Shown here: piece after piece, positions 56,740 to 64,000 of the stretch
Numbering within the stretch: position 1 is the first letter of the stretch
How the letters are laid out: each line of letters begins with the position of its first letter
NCBI GenBank assembly: GCA_965644295.1
Contig: CBFFRP010000108.1
Span: forward strand, 248,001 to 312,000
Direction of reading: 5' to 3'
Source of the DNA: Paraphysomonas bandaiensis
Taxonomy: Eukaryota > Protista > Chrysophyceae
DNA: 64,000 nucleotides
The notes under the pieces: model-generated
What the model was told of the DNA's origin: nothing
Seen by the model: the letters and a program-made list of their open reading frames with translations, nothing else
The model's database searches: none
Position numbers and translations under genes: made by a program

Positions 56740-57179
56740 CTGTGCTTAAATATGCATTCCACAAGCCCAGGTAAGTGACTCTAGTACGCATTGTAGATAT
56801 TTTAACATGCTGCTGCATACTATATATCAGGGCCTAGTAGCCATTAATGGTAATACCATTTCCATTTTAATTGCCGGGACATTATTCACAGGGCTGCGTA
56901 TCAATTAATTGACGCAGGTTGTAGTCAATTATAATTGCAATTATTACTTGCTGCCTCAATATCTACAGTACTTGCATTATCTACAGTAAGTTCTCAAGGG
57001 TATACAAGTAAAATACCTTTACAGGTATACCACCACATTCTTTCATTGATATATCGTTAGTTTAAAAAATGAAATCAAGTGTGACTACTGTACTAAAAAA
57101 TTATTTAAATTATTTTAATAAAGACGCATCAGATGTATATTTGCTGGGAAAATAAAATTAGGGATATACCTGTGGTGGC

Positions 57180-58747
57180 TTAGGTCAATTGTGACAGCAG
57201 ATTTGCTTTACTTTCTTGCATTCTCTTAAGAGCAATTGATTCTGATTCAACTTTTTCGACACTAGCTAAATCTATCAGTACTGGTTTCATACCAATGACA
57301 TCATCTCCACTGTCGTCCAGGACTGGAAGCAATGCAACATGTCTCCACTCAAGATCGCCATGCACAAGACAGTGCCGAGCGAGTTCTTCGACACTATCAT
57401 TGAGCACACTCTCCGCTGCAATATCTGAGGACAAAATAAAGTCGTTTATTTTTGTCGTCCACGCTTCAAACCGTTCGTCACTAGGCGACTCACTGTTCGC
57501 AACTCTACCCCAATTTGATAGATCAAAATCAAAGCAAACTGACCCCTCTCGTTTTATGCAATGGAATACAAACGGCATGACGAGACAATGTGAATCAGCA
57601 ACACAGTACTGAACACACCTACTCCGTACACTTCTCTCCATACATTCAATTCCTTTTCACAAAGCTTCTCATAATAAAATTTCTTTACAACAACTAAATT
57701 GAAATCTTTAGTCAGTGCGAGACAAACCTGACCATCCGCCCCTCCGTGAAATTGCCGCAACACTATTACATGATTTGGTTCATAGTTGGGTAGTGCAAGT
57801 GTAATCGCCGTGTGTCCCATTAAGTCAGTGTTGGAAATCGTGCCCCAACGCCAATTCTTTTCAGAGAGAATGGTGTAAGCCCTTTGTGAGGTTAGCAGCG
57901 ATACCACTCGATATTGAGATTGCATCGATTTCAACAATACTGTTCCAATCAAGGGAAGTACTTGAGAATCATCCCAAGAGTACACCTCGCTCCCATGGAG
58001 GTGTCTTTCCAGTGTGCTCGCCACGGGAAACTGGGTGTACAAGTCTTCATACATGGGTGGATTCAAGTCTTTGGAAGCAGCAAAGTCGTCTGTGTCCGGA
58101 AACCAGACTACTCGCCATGCATCCAGTGTAGTTAAAATCCCGAACATTTCACATTGCCCAAAAGAGTTACGTAAATTGGACATATAATCGAATATTTGTC
58201 CTAGCACTTTATCATCGGACAGCTTTGATTTCTCCGGTTGTTTCACCTCAATCACTGTAATCGGTACACCAGATTTGGTCTTAACAACCCAAATATCAGA
58301 TTTCGACTCTCTCCTACTCGTTTCTACCATACACACTAATGTTGCTTGATAATGAATCGATAATTCCATATTAACACCCAAGAAATACATTACATCTCGA
58401 ACAATTCTTCGGACATAATCCTCAATTTCTGCCTCATTAAAGTATGATATGCGTGTTTTACAATCCTGGTTTCGAAGTGCCAGGAGGTATTCACTTGCCA
58501 TGGACAAATTGTGCGCTTCAATATTATCAAAGATACCAACGTCCTGAACATCAAACATATTGACAGCCGTATGTGTAGACGTATAAGTAGAAGCCGAAGC
58601 GCTTCTTCTACTTAATTCCATGCCACCTAATCCACTTTTCCAGAACTGCTCAATGGAATACACAGCCTGCTTAGCCAGGTCCTCAGCCTGCTTGAGAAGT
58701 AGCAGTCGAACAGGTTCCGGAAGTACTTCAAGATCGATTTCTTCCAT
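57180..58747 (-). pseudogene. PD-(D/E)xK nuclease plus atypical kinase fusion (Crinkler-type architecture), with one frameshift near 57600
   Basis: ORF 57554-58747 has SDIWVV...VIEVKQP...GQIFDYM...GILTT and the kinase N-lobe HGGADGQV/VVVKK/ELNVW. Overlapping ORF 57180-57641 continues CLVMPF...HGDLEWRHV...VLIDLA in another frame. Confidence 0.75.
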
Positions 58748-59315
58748 TGTTTATATCTATTGATGACTGGAATATATTGGTGTGAAAACTCCGTCTTAAC
58801 GGATGGAACGTCTCAATTTATTGCTGCTGGTGCTGTATGCATGGTGTGTCGACAACATAAGGTTTTACTTAAAACTAAAGGTTTATATAAAAGTGGGGGT
58901 TTATGGTAAGAACCGTACCAAAATCCTGCATTTCTAAATGTTTCATTGTGTGCTACCCTGCTGCACAAGGCACTCATTTGGATACATGCATCCGCACACA
59001 TAGCCCTGTATATTCGAGTACTTTAAAAGAAGTGAACCCTCTAGCGCGCAGGTTTCTGACCACTCGAGTGTGGGCGTGTATAATCTACGACAGTACACTG
59101 TACAACTGTATCTACAGCGCCTCCGTGTCCCAATACACTTCTACTTCATACTCATATACACACTGCTGTCTCGTATATTCACACTGCTGTCTCGTATAGT
59201 CTCGTATAGCAGTACTCCACACGACTGTGCCCATATCTCATACATCTGAACACACACCCCCCCTGCTACCACAGGCCTTGGTGTTCATGCACTTCCCCCT
59301 TGACCCTATTATCTC

Positions 59316-61912
59316 ATGATGAACAGAGAGGACGTACCTGCTGCTGCTAGTGATGATAGTATACTATTGGGGAGAACGGAGCTAATATCTATGCGTGAAA
59401 TATTCCCTGATGAAACAGACTCCACTCTACTGAACTGTCTGCAGAACACTAATTGGAATCTTGATTCTGCAGTTCTACTGTGCTTAGAGCAACAGTCATC
59501 CTCATTTATCACACGCACACTGCCAAAGTCTCAGTCGTCTAGTAGTGTGGGATCTCTGCTTACAGATGAGGCAAGTCAGTCCCCTTCAACGAACCCGATG
59601 CGTATGCAGCAGCAGGGAGGGTTGAATAGCCGATCCCCTATACGCCGCTCAGGTCCACGACGAGTGGCTGCGCGTATGACTCTGCCAAATGACTTCATTT
59701 GTGTCCCAAGTGTACGCACAGTAATTGACTCCACATTTCCTATACACAAGGCCGATAGCATAGACTTCACGGTATACATTAATCGCTCTGGTGCATCCCT
59801 TGGTCTCAATGTCGAGAAACAAGGTGGGAATATCGTGGTGAGCGGATTGAGTAATGAATCCTCCAATACCCCAGGACTCTCTTACCAAGCAGGAGTTCGA
59901 GTCGGTGATGTACTTCATGGCGTAAACTTTGAATACTTCAATACTGGTGTTTCTAAAGCTAATGTTACCAAAGTAGTATCAGCTGCTGGACCGTTCCTCT
60001 GTCTTCATTTTATTCGCTATCTAGATGTAAGCAGGACTCCCTATACGGATGGTAGCACGCGACAACACGCTGCATCTCTGCGCAAAATTCATCCCTGTGC
60101 CTTGATGTTGTTAGACCAAGAAGTGCTTGATGTGGAGGACATGGAGGTCTTTTGTGAATCTTTGCAAAGACTAAAATCCCGAACCATAGACTGGAGCACT
60201 GGGGTTATACGACAACGAACGAAAATTAGAGACATTGCTGCTGCAATACAGTCTTCTGGTTTGGGTGCAGTGGATGGGACTGGGACGCGAGACGACTCTG
60301 CACTTCGACTGGTGTCTAGCAGTAGTGGCGGTAGTTCGTTGCGCAATATGCGCTGGCCTGTAACCGGGTCCACTGCTCCTATGGCGCTATCTGCGTATAG
60401 ATCTAGCGGGGAAATATCTGACATTCGGCAAAGTTGGTATAAGGAGGTTACTATGAGTACTCGAGACATCCAACCGGCGATATCTATCCGTATAACTGGG
60501 ACCACGGTGATTGATGATCACACGGAGTATGTACTATGGGTGCAAGACGTGAGCACCGGGTTACAGTGGTATACCACCAGAAGATTTAGGGAGTTCTTTA
60601 AGCTCAGAGAGGTAAGCATAGCGTGAAACAACATCTATCTGTTTCATATCGCAATTGGTAGACTCTAGTTTCACTTTGGGGTGTCTTCGGATCGCTTCCT
60701 TTCCCTGCTCGACGCCTCTCTGTTGGACGAAATGACCCATCAGGCTCCCTGGTAGCGGAGCGCCGTCCTTTGTTGGAGACATTCCTGCGGTCTGCGTACC
60801 AGGTAGTTGTCGCTGAGCACCTGGTCCATCCCGCGACGAGAAAAATATTCTTAGCGATATATCGCTTTGTAGATGTATCTCACAATATGCCATCAATCTC
60901 TGCTATATACTCGCAGCAAAAGAGGCTGCATGACGCGTACATCGAGAGACTGATGGAGGAGCATGCCTATGTAGGTGCCTCTCATCGCGATGACGAAGAA
61001 TGTACCATAGACTATTTAAACGATCCATTCATTTTTGTGCGCCGATGGGTGGAGATCTACATTCACTCTATACTTCAGTTGCCGGTGTTTCGTAGGGTAG
61101 TGGGGAGATTCGTTCGCAATTATCTGAAGAGTAGTACAGGCGATGACTCGAAGTCGTGGGATGAGCGAGAATCTGTGAATAACGTCAAGTCTTTAGGTGA
61201 ATTTATTGATAACCTCCAAGATGTACTATTAAGAGGCATGCGTACTGACGTTGCGGAAGTAATTGAACACTTTGTCCATGGTGACACTCGGGGAAGGTAT
61301 GGGGGCCAGCCCAGACAGCTACAGAAAATAGATGAAGATACCATCTATGTAAATGCGATTTTGAAGATGGACTGGGTGGATAGTATTACACAGGTAGCTG
61401 TTAGGCGGCAGATCGAGACAGAGGTATACGTACCATGTGCGGATGCCGTGAGAGCAGTACTTAATGAGGGGTTCGCTCAGAGGGACAAACAGTTAGTTGC
61501 CAAGTGCCAGTATCTGAGGTGCCAGCCTCAGTCGTTTTTTGGCATACCCCTGAAGCATATTTCTCCCTCTAGCTGGGAAGATGTCGTCCGTGCTATAGAT
61601 AAAGTGCCTAAGATGTCCATCCCTTTTGACAAATTACAACTGCTCGTTGCGGCTGCAAAGCAAATTCCTGAGATCTACCGTAAAGAGCATCCAGATGCAT
61701 CCATTTCCCTAGGAGCCGATGATATGCTCCCAATATTTATATATTGTTTAGCTATGTCCAAAATTAGACGGCTCTCCACTCTCTCGAAGGAACTGGAGAA
61801 TGTATGTGACTCCGAGTGTAGGGTGTCAGAGATAGGCTACTATACAGCAACTTTAGAGGCATCACTTCAGCATATACTAGACATGGATGAAATCAATGGC
61901 GATATTAGTTAG
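59316..61912 (+). CDS. VPS9-domain Rab5 GEF with N-terminal CUE/UBA-like, PDZ and PX domains; intron 60612-60661
   Basis: MREIFPD...NWNLDSAV (CUE-like); SLGLNV...AGVRVGDVLHGVN (PDZ); HTEYV...RRFREFFKLRE|...LPFP...ERRPLLETFL (PX); LGADDMLPIFIYCL...EIGYYTATLEASL (VPS9). Confidence 0.88.
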
Positions 61913-62773
61913 CACCCTCCGTTGTAGTTCTTTATTTTACAATGTTCTTGTGTTTTTCGAATGCTGTGTGCACAATACATTCGTTTTTATTTGCACCGAC
62001 GAATTCTTAACAATAATACCTTTGTAAAAGTAAAAATACGTATATTTTTGTACATTTTGCGTAAGCGTGTTACTAGATATATATTCGAATTGCTAATTAA
62101 AGCCTAATTCCTCTTTTGTTACAATACATGCCTAAGTGCTGCTCATCAAGGAGCACCAATATTGCTAATCGACCAACTAGATTTGGCGCTGCATAGTCAA
62201 CTTACGTGCTATGTAAATCACGAAACAGCATATGTAGCTTGCTAATGGCTAATAGTGATATAACAGCGGCGTAGATGTATAGATAAATAACTATGAATCC
62301 TTAATTTACGGAAAAAGTATCACAAAGACCACTCTTTAGGGTTATCCATATTCAGTGAATTCATTACGTAGATTTACACACTACTCATGTTATCAATGAG
62401 ATTGGAAGGTTAAATGGCGATGCCTATTCTTCTTCCATAAGCCATAAGTAATAGTGAAGGTAGACTAATCCTTCTCTAAGATATGGATCATGAGCCTATT
62501 GGTTATTCAATAAAATATGAATGAATGAGGGAATATTATCCTTTATCGTGGTTGCGCTTTGCAGCGTATTATTATCATCATCTAGGATCTAGGATAACAA
62601 TATCGCGGCAGAAAGATATAAAAAAATTAATGAATATATTTTGTATCACGAAAGGGTTTCCTCGACATACATACGAAATAACCAGAAAAAGCCCTTTCAT
62701 ATTGATAAATAACACAATACACAAATTTTCACACCAAAACATTGTAGCGCCGCAGGACACAAAACAGGAAACC

Positions 62774-63919
62774 CTAAGGTGGCTTACAAGGATGATTTTT
62801 CGGATACAGTAGCATTTCTAAATATACAAGTTTTCCACTTCTAGTCCGGCCCTCTTCTATTGGTGGCAACATATCGTGACCACTTACAGATATACAGGAC
62901 ATACAAACGCTTCGAAGTATTTGTTTGCATTCCCGATATATATCTTCGAAGCTACGAGTGGTGGAGTCCCTTCCAGCAATGAGTATGGGCAAGTTCTGCC
63001 CCGATATTTCATTATCGACACAGGTAGAGGGGAGAACACACGGTGAGCGCAACAGAACACACAAACCTTGTTGCAGCTCGCGCTTTACTCTGACCAACAG
63101 ACTTGTCTTGTACGTACCATCCGTGCAATACTACAAATCAAATATCAATGAGTCACAATAATACACTCCAACAACAGGATATAGATACTTATACACTTGA
63201 GTTTGGTATACGCTTGAGGGATATGAATACCTTGGAGTAAACTAGGTCATCCACCAACACTGTTCCTGGAGGGCACGGTACGGAAGTCACAACTTCATCA
63301 GGATCTTGCACATCTTCTTCGACTTTAACATCCTTGGGCATACGTTTAGATGCCCGGGCACGGCGTCCACCGTCAACACTTTCACGCTGAAGTGCTAAGC
63401 CGTGCTTCCGAAGAACTACGGCGTGCTTCTTATTTGCTTTCGTCTCAGCATCTTTACGAAGATTGCGGTATCTACGCAGATATAAATATATTAAAGAGCA
63501 GGCAGAGGGAATACATCAGACCTGCTTCGGACAGTACCAGCGCTGTAAATCAGGGTCTTCGGTTGTGATTCAGCGGACTCCCTGCGCACAACAAGTCAGC
63601 GACAGCTGAGTGCCATATGCGGACCTCACGCTATGGACGGTTTCATCTGCTGGTCGTCTATGACACTATCAAGAAGCAGAGGAGGAGGCTGAGAGACAGA
63701 CAGAGGGGGCTCATAGGGGTCATGTGAGGGGCTATGGGTGTTATGAGAGGGCTCATGTGAGGGCTCATGTGTGTCGCTGTGTGTGTCGTCGTGTGTGTTG
63801 CTGTGAGGGGGTCGGGTGCCGTTAAGGAGATGGCGTCGTCTGTTCAGCTCTGCAAAGGAATGCATAGTATCGACAGAAGCAGCACGGTGTGTGCGGGTGT
63901 ATGAGGGTTGGAAAATCAC
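62774..63919 (-). CDS. Uncharacterised multi-exon protein; 5' structure uncertain
   Basis: GT-AG-bounded minus-strand exons (ESAESQPKT..., YRNLRKDAETK...DDLVYSK) and a terminal exon ending at 62774. His/Pro-rich repeats lie at about 63700-63800. Confidence 0.45.
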
Positions 63920-64000
63920 ATGAATTGGGCGCTTATTAGGCCCTCTCTCTCCTCATATGGACATGCAGGAGATAGTAGCTATATGTATATATGTATGTAT

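Noticed and set aside
57609-57643. A 14-, 23- or 35-nt GT-AG mini-intron that would repair the nuclease-kinase frameshift
   Set aside because: All are shorter than the introns seen elsewhere in the window, and the longer options would delete the plausible kinase segment VWREVYG. A 1-nt indel is simpler, though RNA-seq is needed to exclude splicing.
1-64000. Alternative genetic code or non-canonical introns
   Set aside because: Conserved genes translate correctly with the standard code and end in normal stops, and all introns I resolved are GT-AG.

Overview
Gene-dense, AT-rich eukaryotic nuclear DNA with many short (about 45-100 nt) GT-AG introns. It is probably a stramenopile protist, inferred from gene content and style only. 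Recognisable genes are PP2A B56 subunit, RPS4, ECO1/CTF7, RPL26, a bacterial-looking M20 amidohydrolase, a Cys-less pentameric ligand-gated channel, a membrane PPase, presenilin, a GNAT acetyltransferase, a class C GPCR, a GT14 glycosyltransferase, an eIF4E-family protein, NF-YC, a frameshifted REase-kinase (Crinkler-like) gene and a CUE-PDZ-PX-VPS9 protein. There are also two convergent tRNAs: an intron-containing His-GTG and a Leu-CAG. The main non-gene signal is a non-LTR retrotransposon system with two parts. The first is 5'-truncated RT/RNase H/CCHC LINE copies of two subfamilies, several with target-site duplications (TSDs). The second is non-coding, non-autonomous elements that start with an HDV-like fold resembling the trypanosome L1Tc/Pr77 ribozyme and end in the LINE 3' UTR with a covarying GNRA hairpin. 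One 485-bp copy (56255-56739) is complete and TSD-flanked. The membrane PPase also carries the residue pattern of Na+-pumping rather than plant-type H+-pumping enzymes. Exon boundaries and RNA folds were derived by eye and need computational confirmation.
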